From NCBI RefSeq assembly GCF_009914755.1, contig NC_060928.1: 64,000 bases of DNA; one strand, given 5' to 3'. Under the pieces are notes generated by a model, which saw nothing but the letters and a program-made list of their open reading frames with translations, was not told the origin of the DNA and made no database searches. The stretch is from the human T2T-CHM13v2.0 reference genome, Homo sapiens. This document shows, piece by piece, positions 15,800-28,577 of the stretch. The position numbers and the translations under genes were made by a program. Each line of letters begins with the position of its first letter. The stretch's first letter is position 1.

Positions 15800-17052
15800 A
15801 AGGCAAAATAAAATGGTACCTTGGACCATCATCACTATAGCAACTAACCTGAGAATTATGAATGGATGAAAACTTCAATATATACCGGCAGACCTCCATT
15901 TTGAAAATATGCTCATTACAAATGTCAAACATTGAATGGAGGGTGGCTAACATCCCTTCTCACTCTTTGCCAACTGGTCACTTGGGGATGGAAATTCCAC
16001 CACTATCAACTGCATCAATCTGCCACTTTTTACCTGATGGAGTGAGGAAGATACTGAGGGGCAAGGGGCTAGCTAGATGGAAGATAACTTTTACTTTTGT
16101 AAGAAGGAAACATACAGCCTTCATAATTTTCAAATAATTAAGCACTAGAAGCAAGTCCTTAATTAGTCCTGAGACTAATTAAGAAAGTCCTTAAAGCACC
16201 TTAATTCTGTCCTCCTTGGCTTCATCTTTTCTTGAGGTTCTAAAATACTGATTACTTCTGCAGCCCTCCAGTCTCCAGGTATGTGTTGCCACTTCTCATT
16301 TCACATTTTGGTCCAACCTGAATACATAAATCTCCCTGACTTCCCATAAGAGAACTGAAACAGGCTGACATTTTCAGGAAATTTGTATCAACAGCTTGTT
16401 CATCTTTCAAGGTTTTGTATTCATTGCTGGTTGAAACTGGTTTCCATTTTCAACTTTAATCTTAAGACAGAATCAAAGATATTATATGCCACATCAGCAT
16501 GTTATTGAATAAAATCTGGGGAAAAAATGTATCCCCCCAAAAAAGTGACAATTGGTTTCATGTTAGAAGGAGACAGAAGGCAAAGAAATATGAGACATGA
16601 TACTAACCATGTACTCTGTCCTCCTAAGGAAGTATTTTAAACTCACATTTGTTGGTTTCCTTTATCCCTAGTCTTGACTAATTACCTGCTCATCTTCTGG
16701 GACTTCCCAAACTGGTCTAAGAATCCATCTTGTCCTAGGTTCAAACTAAAGCAAAATACCTCAATTTAAAACTCATTCTTCCTCAAAATTTCCAGGCCTT
16801 CTGAGAGTACTCCCACTCAGTTCTTCTTTCTTGAGTACAAGGCTGGCAGAGAATATTGACATACCAGAAAAATAGTAGCACTTTTTTGTTTATCTGTTTG
16901 CTTGGGTAAAGAATTCATCCCAGTCCTGGAGCATTTTGCATCTCACTGACTTGCTCATGTAAGATCTACAGCAAAGCAAAAAATGGCCTCAGACCAATAA
17001 CTAATCAAATCACTTTCATTTAATAAAAATTAATCAGAAGATCATTAATTAC

Positions 17053-17183
17053 TGGGGCAGCCAAGTGTCCTAATTTGTCACAGACTGAGGGGTGTCTTCA
17101 GTCTCATGGACATGGGACTTTCCATGCTAAAACTAGGGCAGTCCCTGGGATAGTTCCTGGCAAGCAAAACTGTTGGTCATTCT
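17053..17183. mobile_element. MER81-like hAT-Blackjack MITE containing GGGACTTTCC
   Basis: gactgagggg...catgggactttc..tgctaaaac.agggcagtccc...gttggtcattct resembles MER81. Confidence 0.65.
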
Positions 17184-18394
17184 TTTCCTAAGCAATAATG
17201 AGGGAAGATGAAAGCAAAAGCAGACATGAAAATCTCTCCAAGCCATGAAAAAGAAGTGGTAGCAACAGCAGTACTTTCCCTTCTTCATCAGTGAGAGCAC
17301 TCTGGGAATTGTATCAGCTGGAGAATAGCCAGGTAAGGTTTCAAACTGACTTTTGTACCATGACAGTCATGCTGGGACCCTGCTTAACTTTCAATCTGAC
17401 ATCAAGAATGGGAGGGATAATGCAGATTTTTTAAGAGAGAGAGAGAAAAAGAGACTCTATACTGCATTATGTAGGTAAATAAATCTAAAAAAGTCTCTTT
17501 TATCAAATTATTTGTATTTCCACTGAATTATTTGGCTTTACAATCCATGAATGCCCCCACTCTTTGAAAATTATTCTTTGTATTAAATCAAACTTCTTAA
17601 TAAATAAATAAATCAAACTTATTAATAAAAATGCTAATGAACCCCAAAACATGTTAAATTCATTTTAATGCAGTTAGAATAGCTTGAGATTGACACTTGA
17701 TGATTTAAAGTCTTCACTAGACCCCCCTCTCATTGTCCTTTTTTTCCTACCTGCAGAGCTCCAATGGACTACACGTTAAATTATATTTAATTACTTATTT
17801 ACTGGTCTTTTATTATACTTAATGAATGTTTACTGATACCTACTATGTATCAGGTAATGTTTTAAGCACAAATGTTAGACTTTCTATTCTCAAGCAGTTT
17901 GCGTTTTCAATCTCCTGTCGTGAATTTATTTCCATCACCCCATACCCCAACAAATAAACTAACAGAAAGGCAAATAAGCAACGACAATAAAAGTATTCTT
18001 TATGTGTAAAAAATTATATAATCTATATTATTTGCAAGTAGACATCTTTTGTGGCATACACGACTACAGACGTGACTCTCCCGGAAGTTGAGTACCATAC
18101 TGAAAATGATTCATATTCATGTCACATGGGAAATGATTCATTATATGATATCTACAGTGATTCAGAGGAAGAAAATAAATCTTCACTACCTATAAGTGAT
18201 AAAGCTTATTTCAACTTTTATCAGGCATAGTCATTAAAGAACTAGATTTCGTCAATGTCTGAACTAGTTCCTGAGAGTGAATACAATGCCTTTGGAAGGT
18301 GCAATTGCCTCTAAATTAATATCTCTATGTATGACAATAGGGGGTGCTAACTAATGTTAGAGAATGATTACTAACATTTGCATTTGGGATCAAA

Positions 18395-18845
18395 TGTGTC
18401 TCAAATTGAGTTTCTCAGAAACAGACTTGAGATTCAGAAATTTGCATGCAGGAGATATATTGAGGCATGCAGCAAAACCTCAACGAAGGGATGAGGGAAG
18501 CAGGAACTGTCAGAGAGAAACTTGAACCATGATGGAATTCCGAAGGAGGCTTCAGGCAACCACCAAAGGTAACTCTGGAGCTGTGATAGCCTTTCATAGT
18601 TGTCCTGAATTGAGTGAGACAAGGGAGCCAGTGTTTGTTACCCCTCATGGATCACTCACTAAATGTGGGCTTCCACTCTACAGGGGAAAGGCATAACCTT
18701 AAGCAATGGCAGCTTCTTTTGACTTGGGGCAGTTATGAGGAGGGACTCAGTTGTGAGCTGTCAACAGCAAAATCCTGGCTGTGGGGAAATTAGTGTTTCA
18801 GCCCTGAAGGAGGAATCTAGGTGATGCAACTACAGCACCTACAAC
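18395..18845 (-). mobile_element. ERVL LTR (LTR33/LTR16-like)
   Basis: cagaaacagacttgaga...atttgcatgcagg...ctctggagctg pattern. Confidence 0.55.
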
Positions 18846-19698
18846 CACAGCATCTAGAATATCCAAAAAAGGCCAAGACACCTGGCAGCTAGTTTGTTGA
18901 AAGTCCTATCTCATGTGCAATGTCAGACCTTCACAAAGCAGCTCAGGCTTGGATTGGCATCCTAGAATGATAAAGTCATGTAACTGCATCACTTCTCTCA
19001 TGCCTTCTATCTTAGCTCTGGTGCAGGTCAGTTTCTCAATTCTCGAAGGAATTGCTCTAACAGTATTCTATTCTTCCTATACCTTCTCCATATTTCAATA
19101 TAATTAGTCCCCTGAAGCATAAAACCAATCATATTAATCACCTACCTAGTTACTGCAATGGAATGTGGTTTCCTAACAATGGAAGGCCCTCCACAATAGC
19201 ATTACAACTTAGCTTTGTATCCTCACCTCAACAAGTCTAGTCCCTTCATATACTTGATGCTCCAGAGAAACCTTGCGAGTCACTGTTCCCCTCCTATGCA
19301 CAAGTATATCTTTTGGATTTACCTCGTTTTGTACTCACATTTCCCTGATACTGTGTTCTAGGTGTCAAATGCTATCTCCTCTTTCTCTTGCCTTCTATTC
19401 TCACTGAACAATTCAGGTCAAAAGCCATTAGGTGGGCCAAGCACTGGGTGCTAGGGTGGTGCAGAGCTACAGTAAAGTAGTCCCAGCAATGTGCCGAAAG
19501 CCAAGCAGGGCGAGGAGAGTGTCCCCATGGTGCAGGGAAGGACAGCCTGGCATGGAGCATTGGAGACTGAGAAGGGTGAAGAAAGTGTCTACGTGGGAAG
19601 GTGGCCCAGCATGAGGAATAGAGAAATAAGCCAGTGAGCAGATTACCTGGTGGTGGGAAGGAGGTGACGTTTCTGACCCTAATTAAGATCAGGAGGAC

Positions 19699-21675
19699 AA
19701 CACTTCTTTGAGCTGAGTCGAAGTGGACGCTTTGAGCGTAGCCGCCCCACAGCCGCCGATCCCTGCGTCGCTTCCTGTAGAACCCTGGGCCTGCTTTGCA
19801 GCTTTCCTCCCTTTGTCTCACAACCATGTCTACCAACGAGAATGCTAATATACCAGTTGCCCGACTTAACAGATTCAAGAACAAGTGAAAAGACAGTACA
19901 GAAATGAGGTGTCGCAGAATAGAAGTCAATGTGAAGCTGAGGAAAGCTAAGAGGAATGACCAGATGCTGAAGAGGAGAAATGCAAGCTCATTTCCTGATG
20001 TTGCTGCTTCTCCGCTGGAGAAAAACCGCAAAAACCAGGGCACTGTAAATTGGTCTGTTGATGACATTGTCAAAGGCACAAATAGCAACAATATGGAAAG
20101 TCAGCTCCAAGCTACTCAAGCTGCCATGAAACTACTTTCTAGAGAAAAACAGCCCCCCATAGGCAACATAATCTGGGCTGGTTTGATTCCAAAATTTGTG
20201 TCCTTCTTGGGCAGAACTGATTGTAGTCCCATTCAGTTTGAATCTGCTTGGGCACTCGCTAACATTGCTTCTGGGACATCAGAATAAACCAAGGCTGTGG
20301 TAGATGGAGGTGCCATCCCAGCATTCATTTCTCTGTTAGCATCTCCCCATGCTCACATCAGTGAACAAGCTGTATGGGCTCTAGGAAACATTGCAGGTGA
20401 TGGTTTAGTTTTCCGAGACTTGGTTATTAAGTATGGTGCAGTTGACCCACTCTTGGCTCTTCTTGCAGTTCCCGATATGTCATCTTTAGTATGTGGTTAC
20501 TTATGTCATCTTACCTGGACACTTTCAATCCTCTGCTGCTACAAGAATCCTGCACCCCAGTTAGATGCTGTTGAGCAAATTCTTTCTACCTTAGTTTGGC
20601 TCCTGCATCATGATGATCCAGAAGTATTAGCAGATAGCTGTTGGGCTATTTCCTACCTTACTGATGGTCCAAATAAACGAACTGACATGTTCTTGAAAAT
20701 AGGAGTTTTGCCCCAACTTGTGAAGCTTCTAGGAGCTTCTGAATTGCCAACTGTGACTCCTGCACTAAGACCCATAGGGAATATTGTCACTGGTACAGAT
20801 GAAGAGACTCAGGTTGTGATCGATGCAGGAGCTCTTGCTGTCTTTCCCAACCTGCTCATCAACTCCAAAACTAACTTTCAGAAGGAAGGTACATGGACAA
20901 TGTCAAACATCACAGCTGACCCTCAGGATGAGATACAGCAAGTTGTGAATCATGGATTAGTCCCGTTCCTCACAATGTTCTCTCTAAGGCAGATTTTAAA
21001 GACACAAAAGGAAGCTGTATGGGGCCATGACCAACTATACCAGTGGTGGAACAGTTGAACAGGCTGTATACCTCATTCATTGTGGCCTAATAAAACCATT
21101 GATGAATCTCTTAACTTCAAAAGATACCAAGGTTATTCTGGTTATCCTGGATGCCATTTCGAACATCTTTCAGGCTGCTGAGAAACTAGGTGAAACTGAG
21201 AAACTTAGTATAATGATTGAAGAATGTGGAGGCTTAGACAAAATTGAGGCTCTACAAAACCATGAAAATGAGTCTGTGTATAAGGCTTTGTTAAGCTTAA
21301 TTGAGAAGAATTTCTTGGTAGAGGAAGAGGAAGATCAAAATGCTGTGCCAGAAACTAACTCTGAAGGCTGTACCTTCCAAGTTCAGAATGGGACTCCTGG
21401 AACGTTTAACTTTTAGATCATGTAGCTGAGGTATGTATTTGTTGTGTACTATATTTGGTATTTTGTCTTACTGTTTCTCTACTAAGAACTCTTTTTAAAT
21501 GTGGTTGGTTATTGTAGCACTTTTTACACTGAAACTATACTTGAACAGTTCCAACTGTACATACTGTAGGAAGCTTGTCCTCTGAATGGGTTTCTTATTT
21601 CTGTGTGGAATTTCTTATCTTGCAGCATCCTATAAATAAACAATAAAGTCCACCCTTTACTTCAAAAAAAAAAAA
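19699..21675 (+). pseudogene. KPNA2P1: Processed pseudogene of KPNA2 (importin alpha-1), full-length mRNA copy
   Basis: Intronless; ATG 19826 (MSTNENAN...), IBB domain and ARM repeats to ...GTFNF* at 21416; stops at 19886 (TGA) and 20285 (TAA); frameshifts near 20973, 21000 and 21022; AATAAA at 21635 and 21642; A12 tail; TSD aa(g/a)atcaggaggac at 19685-19698 and 21672-21685. The P1 number is from memory of the 4q21 locus. Confidence 0.95.
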
Positions 21676-22316
21676 TCAGGAGGACTTCTGCATGGGGGAA
21701 AGTTCACTGTGGAGTATTTGGAGCCCAAACATGGACCTCCATGCAGGGGGTCATCCCCACGCAGGGTGTCAGAGGATGGACAGGGAGAGAGAGAGTCAAC
21801 ACTGGAAGGCAGAAGCTGTCTCAGGATGCCAGAGCATGAGAAGAGTGAGTAGGGCTGTTGCAGCAGAGCACAGGGTACAAGAACCCAAGCATTTGAAGAA
21901 GAATTCTGGTCAGGGAGAGAGCACAGCTGAGGTATATAAACCCAACCAGGGTAAGGGGGGCTTCAGGAAAGAGAGAAGCTTGTCAAAGGAGTGACTAACA
22001 GACTGACACCCAGCATAGTGTGTCATAGCCCAGGCGGGTTGCCTAGGTGGCAACCTAGTGCAGCGTGTCAGAGCTTGAGAGAGAGAAGGAAAGGCTTCGA
22101 CATGGAGGGAAAAGGTATGTGAAGCCTGAGGCCACAGGTAGAGATTCAAGCAAGATGAGGAGGATGTCCACCCAGGGTAGGAAGAAGCAGCTCGTGACTG
22201 GGGCCAGATCCTGAGTGAAAGTGCAAGGTGGTGCTCATGTCAGAACTTAAGCAGAATGAGAGAATCTGTGTTGGAGAGGGCAACAGTGGTGATGAGAAAT
22301 TGGTTCACTCAGGAAA

Positions 22317-22672
22317 TGCTTTCATTCCTTCAGGCTGCTCTAACAAAATACCATAAACTACATGGCTTGCAAACAACAGAAATTTATTTCTCACAGTTCT
22401 GGAAGCTGGGAAGTCCAAGATCAAGATGCGAGCAGATTTGACATCTGATGAGGATCGTCTTCCTGGTTCATGGTCAGCCATCTTGTCACTGTGTCCTCAG
22501 ATGGCAGAAGGGGCAAAGCAACTCTCTAGGACCTCTTTTAAAAGGACACTAATCCCATTCATGAGGGCTTCACCTGCATGACCTCCCAAAGGCTCCAGCC
22601 CAGATACTATGACATTGGGGATTAGGTTTCAACATGTGATTTTGGGGGAAATATAAACTTTCAGACCATAGT
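22317..22672 (-). mobile_element. MaLR LTR (MLT1A-like)
   Basis: ggctgctctaacaaaataccata...aaatttatttctcacagttctggaagctgggaagtccaagatcaag. Confidence 0.85.
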
Positions 22673-22847
22673 GAGGGATTAAGTCAAACTAGTATAGATA
22701 ATGGGAGTTACCGTCAGAGAAGAAAGCTGTAAATAATGAAATTGAAAAATCTAGAATAAATCCTGTGGTGCTAGCTTGCAATTGGAGATATTAGTGTGAA
22801 TTCATACATATAATTACAGATATAGATGTGAGTATATGTGCAGATGC

Positions 22848-23362
22848 AGTAGTCCTTCCCCCTTATCTACAGAAAATATATTTCAAGTCCTGCAGTGGTT
22901 GTCTGAACCATGGATAGTACCAAACCTTGTATATACTTGTTTTGCCTGTACATACATACCTATGATAAACTTTAATTCGTAAATCAAGCATAGTAAGAGA
23001 TTAACAACAACTAATGATAAAATAGAATAATTACAGCAATTTACTGTAATAAAAATAAAACAAGGGTTCCTTGAACACAAGCATTATGATACCTATACTA
23101 GGATAGTTGATCTGGTAATCGAGACAGCTACTGAGTGACCATTAGGCAGGTAGTATATACCGGGTGGATATGCTACACAAAGGGATGAGTCACCTCCTGA
23201 GAGGGATAGTGCAGGGCAGTGTGTGACTTCATCAGGCTACTCAAAACAGTGTTCAATTTAAAATGTATGAATTGTTATTTCTGGAATTTTCTATTTAATA
23301 TTTTCAGACTGCAGTTGACTGTGGATAACTGAAACCCCAAAAAGCAAAACCAAAGAGACTGC
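22848..23362 (-). mobile_element. MER44B-like Tigger MITE, near full length
   Basis: Starts cagtagtcc..ccttatc (TIR); contains cctatgataaactttaatt, ttgaacacaagca and ggttgactgtggataactgaaac. Confidence 0.8.
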
Positions 23363-23395
23363 TATGTGTATATATGTAAAACACAGTATACACAG

Positions 23396-23403
<8 letters not shown>

Positions 23404-23434
<31 letters not shown>
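23404..23434. repeat. (TG)n microsatellite
   Basis: Direct observation. Confidence 0.95.
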
Positions 23435-23436
<2 letters not shown>

Positions 23437-23734
23437 ATGTATATGCAGATATATAGCTCTGTCTACTTAGATAGACTGAGAACAACAGCAGCAATGGGCA
23501 TACATGATGCTTATTTCTTGGTTTTAAATGTCACTCTCCACTGAAGCGAACTAGGAATTCTTAAAGATATGTTTAAATTCAAAGTGAGTCAGGAATCTAT
23601 GAACTTAGAATATCTTGTCCCAGAAAGTAAGAGGTATTCAAAGAATGATGGGGCATGACCAAAAGTTGTAGAAGTCAGATTGAAGAGCTCCAATAAGAAA
23701 AATCTAGGATAATATTTGCACCAAAATGAAACAG

Positions 23735-25060
23735 TTCAATTAGAAAATGAACAAAAGATATAAACATATATTTCACCAAAGAGGATATACAGATGACAAA
23801 TAAACACATAAAGTTATTCAACATTGTTAGCCATTAAGAAAATGCAAATTAAAACCCAAAATAAAAAATAGTGATAACAGCAAATGCTGATGAGAATGTA
23901 GAGAAACTGAATATCTCATACATTGCCAGTGGAGATGCAAAATGGTACAGTTGTTCTGGAAAATAGTTTGGCAATTCCTTTAAAAACTAAAAATGGACTC
24001 ACCATATCACCCAGCAATTGCATTAGTGGACATTATAGAGAAATTAAAACTTAGGTTCACACAAAAACCTGTATATAAATGGTCATAGCAGCTTTATTTA
24101 TAATATGCTCAAACCAAAAATAACCCAATGTCCTTCAGTGAGTGTCTTAATTTGTGCCACTATAACAAAATACTGACTGGATAATTGATTAAATATATAT
24201 ATTCCTCACAGCTCCAAAGACTGGGAAGTCCAAGATCAAGGTACCAACAGATTTGGAGTCTGGTGAGGGTTCTCTGCTTCAAAGATGGCCCCTCTTGCTG
24301 CATCCTCACATGGCAGAAAGCGGGGCAAAAAGGGCTGAACTTGCCCCCTCAAACCTTCTTATAAGGGAACTGATCCCATCCCTGAGGAAAAAGCCCTCAA
24401 GACCTAATCACCTCCCAAAGGCCGTGCCTCTTAATACCATCAGTTTAATTTCCAACATATGAATTTTGGAGAGACACGTGCATTCAAACCCTAGCAGTGG
24501 GTAAATGATTAAAGTGTGCTACATCCATGCCATAAACTATTCCTCAACAGTGAAAACGAACAAATTATTGACACATGCAACAACTTGGGATCCATCTCAA
24601 GGGAAGTATGCTGCATAAAAAGCTAATCTCACAAAGTTATATGCATTATTATTCCATTCATATAGTGTTCTTGAAATAATATTATAGAAATTGAAATTAG
24701 ATTAGTGGTTGTCAGGGGTTTTGGATTTCGGAGGAGAGGACATAGGGGTGGTTATAAAGGGGTAATTCAAGGGAACCCAGTTTAATGGAACAGTTCTGTG
24801 TCTTGATTGCTTTCATGGTTATATGAAGTTACACAAATAATAACATTGCAGATAACTATACACACATGTAAAATTGGTGAAATCTGAATAAGCTTTGTGA
24901 ATTGTAGTAATGTCACTTTCCTGGTTTTGATTTTGCAGTATATTTATCTAAGATGTTACCACGGGGGAAAACTGGATGAAGGATTCTCAGGGCCTTCCTG
25001 TATTTTTTTTTTGTAATTGTCTTTGAATCTCTAATTAATTCTAGATTAAAAGTTTTTAAA
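23735..25060 (+). mobile_element. L1M (MC/MD-type) 3' region split by a MaLR LTR
   Basis: gaaaatgcaaattaaaac; ctggaaaatagtttggca; cacacaaaaacctgta; gatgttaccacggggg. Confidence 0.75.
24143..24496 (-). mobile_element. MaLR LTR (MST/MLT1A-like)
   Basis: TG...CA termini; 5-bp TSD gtgag/gtggg; gactgggaagtccaagatcaagg. Confidence 0.8.
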
Positions 25061-27802
25061 AATGAATGGTAATAGAAACAGATTATAATATATTGGGTAA
25101 AATAGAAAACCATGAATCCATACAGATGTAAATAAATATATGAATAAATTCAAAGTTTTATATAGAACAGAACATTACATAATTTATCTCCACAAAATAC
25201 TTATGCATGGCAAAGAGAAAAAAAGTAACTTTACATAGGATAGGCCTCTCAGACATTACCTTAATCACGTTATCAAAATTGACATCACCAAAATTGGTAC
25301 AAAACTAAGTTATATTCTATTTGATTGGTTGTAATAAGAAGAATACAAGATCACTTTGGTAATATTCCTGCTATAGATGGATGAAAAAGCGTCAGGTATA
25401 CCCAAACTGAAAGCCATTCTACAAAATAACTGACCTGTATTCTTCAATGTATCAAAGAAAAACTGAACAACTGTTTCGTATTAAAGAAGACCAAGGCGAT
25501 ATGGCAATTACATGTAATATGTGATTTTGGACTGGATAATTTTGCTCTAAAGGACTTTATTGGGACAACTGGAAAAATATTGTGGTTACATGAAAGAATT
25601 CCTTTTTTGATGAAATAACACTGAAGTAGTTGGACATGATGGGCCATTATGTCAACAACTCATTCTCAAAAATGGTTCAGGAAAAACTTTTTTTGTACTT
25701 TACTTGCAATTTTTCTGTAAATTTAGGATCATTTCAAAATTTATATAGGAAGAGGAGACTAAGGAATAATGACAACAAAACGTAGTATGGTATCCTGAAT
25801 TTGATTGTGGAACAAAAGAAGTCTATTTTAGGGGAAGTTTGGTGAAATTATAATAAAGTGATTTTGTTAATAGTATTAACTAGTGCCAATACTATTAGAG
25901 TAGCATTGTACCAGTGTTAATTTCTTAGTTATAACAAAGGTACTATGGTTATGTCAGATGTTAATGCCAAAAGGAATTCTCTAGTGTATTTACAACCCTT
26001 TTACAACTCATACAGGAACTCTCTAGTATATTTACAATCGTTTTAAATCTAAAATTATCCATAAATTAAACACTTATTTAAAAAAATTAATACTGTTCAG
26101 GCTTCAAGTTCCATTTCATGTAGTCAAAATACTATTCACCCTCTAGGCTTATTTCATATACCCTCTCCTCCATATAACTATTTCAATTCATCATTACTGC
26201 TAGTCAGTTAATTATCCCCATTCCATACCCCCAATTTCAGCCATAAAAGTTTTTGTTTCATTTACATTATAGTATTTTCAGATAGTTATTATCAATCTGT
26301 TACTAATTTCTTAAGGATAAGAATTGTGATTTACTAGAAACGTATGATAGAGGTTTTACTAAACATTTGCTGAGCTGTGTTACTGCAGAAGGCTGGAATA
26401 CTTTTTTGAGTATTTAAATTCTGTCTAAAGATTCTGGAAAGGTGAAAATTCTTTATGAAACCTTACCTAATTGCTTCAGTTCACATTGGTCTTACCTTTA
26501 TATCTCAATGTATCTTGTAGCTATTCTTCTCATAGGTCCTTGATGTATCTTGACACCACTTGGTTCATAACCCAGTTTTTAAATTCTAGCCATTTTGCTG
26601 CTTATCAGTACCCCAGCAGAGGGTGGGATGGATAACAAAGAAAGTAGAAAAGAACTGGTGACTTAAACGGTGGTCATTGTGGATGAATTCATTAATACTG
26701 ATACAACTCTCCTCTAGGATGACTTTCTACATGTTAGAGAAAGCTTTAAAATGGACGTTTCCTAGACTGCCCTACAGGTAGATTTCATCATCGTTTGGAA
26801 TCCACCCAAATATACTCATGCCAGATTTTGAATCAGAACCCAATTACATGAGGGTAGAGGCAGGGTATGGAGTGTCTTTTTTGCTGCTTCAGAGGCAGTG
26901 CATGGCAGAGCGAGCACCTCCCTTGCCAAGGGTTGGAGTGTGGATTGGGGAGTTGTTCCTGAAATTCAGTCCTCACTCTTCTTCTTCGGCAATCCAAATG
27001 AATCTGAGTTATTTATCCTTCTTAATACATTCCTTTCATTTAAATTAGCTAGAATAGATTCTGTTTTTGAAAGACATTGACAGGTCTTAATCTTCTGTAA
27101 TCTCTAGGAACTTTAAATTAGTCATTTTACTAGCAGTTATAATTACAATAAAAAGTTATTAATGGAAGGGAAGAGATAAGTAACTGATTTTTTAATTATC
27201 CATGGTATTCACTTGATATTATTCCTCTCCTTGGTAAACTTGGATACTCTGAGGTGGAGGCAGGGAAGCAAAATTAGATTTAAAAGGAAAAAGAAGGAGG
27301 AGGAGGAGGAGGCAGAGATTCAATAAACTTCTGCGAGATTTTTGCAAGACAAGTAAAAATCTTTTCAGCTACCTAAACACAGAACACAGAAGTAGGGATT
27401 TTAAATTTAAAAAAATCAAAGAATGAGATTGATTACAGACAGCAAGGGACAGCTCAGAAGGGAGACAAAACAAGTTACAGCTAAGAATGATTAAAATTGC
27501 AAAGGATATAAGCAATCTTTCAGTATCCCACTCCAGATTAAACAAATAAATTGCATATTTGTATCTACTGCTAATAGGTTACAATACAGAATAACTTAGA
27601 GGAATTTAAATTATAATAGAAACGTTTATTTTATATGTTGTGATCATATAAAACTTGGAAAATAAAAATAGAAACAAAGTCAAATGACAATTTGTAGTTT
27701 TTTAAGGTGCTTCTATATAAATTGTCTTTTTGATAAACACATTTTTGTTTTTTAACCCGCTATCTTTTGATGCTGAGTGCATTGAAAATTTACAGTATTC
27801 AA

Positions 27803-27929
27803 AAGAAGTGATAAATGTTTGAGGTGATGGATATCTTAATTACCCTGGTTTGATGATTATATGGTGTATGCTGAACCAAAATATTACCCATACCCCATAA
27901 ATATATAAAAACATTTTATATCAATTTTA
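27803..27929 (+). mobile_element. Short L1MA 3' end with TSD
   Basis: gataaatgtttgaggtgatggatat...taccccataaatat; TSD aaaatttacagtattcaa (27785-27802) and aaaattaacggtattcaa (27930-27947). Confidence 0.8.
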
Positions 27930-28123
27930 AAAATTAACGGTATTCAATCCTAATTCCTCCTAGCCATCATCTTCTTCAAAAGACACAAACAAATAAAATG
28001 ACTGAGCTATCCTGGGAATGGTACCTAAATGATGATGGTCTTAGCCAATGCATTCAGCTAAGGGAATTCAAGGTTGGCTATCCTTTTTCCCTTGCCTGAA
28101 ATCTACCATGGGAGAAGGGTGGC

Positions 28124-28577
28124 TATCTTAGTCCATTTTAAGTTACTATAAGGGAATATCTGAGGCTGGGTAATTTATAAAGAAAATAGGTGTATTTGGC
28201 TCATGGGTATGCAGGCTGGCCAAGAAATATGGCACCAGCATCTACCTAGCTCCTGGTGAGGGCTTTTGTGTTGTGTCAAAACATAGAAGAGAAGGTCAAA
28301 GAAGATGTGAACACAGGCAAAGAGCATCCAAACCCGAGAGATGTCCTGGCTTTACAAAAACCCACTCTTACAGAAACAAATCTATTCCCTTGAGAACCAA
28401 TTCCATCTTGCAAGAGTAATAACTCAGTACCTGGGGAACAGCACTAAGACATTCATGAGGGAATCTACCCGCAAGACCCGAACACCTTCCACTAAGCCCC
28501 ACCTCCCAACACCACTGGAAATCAGGTTTCCACATGAGATTCGGTGAGGAAAAACAACCCATGTCCAAACCATGGCA
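28124..28577 (-). mobile_element. MaLR LTR (MSTB-like)
   Basis: cttagtccattt...ctgaggctgggtaatttataaagaaaa...gccccacctcccaacac...tccaaaccatggca. Confidence 0.85.

Larger units (their letters stand above)
19480..26090 (+). mobile_element. Fragmented ancient L1MC-type 3' region hosting multiple later insertions
   Basis: Recurrent gtcagagc..gaggagg.tgtcc / cagcctggcatgg motifs on both sides of the pseudogene; L1MC-like text at 22680-22845, 23440-23720 and 25060-25740. Confidence 0.55.

Noticed and set aside
19372-20091. 239-aa minus-strand ORF
   Set aside because: Antisense shadow of the KPNA2 retrocopy running into L1-derived flank; no recognisable protein
20297-21416. 253-aa and 129-aa ARM-repeat ORFs as a functional importin
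   Set aside because: Fragments of the pseudogene separated by nonsense and frameshift lesions
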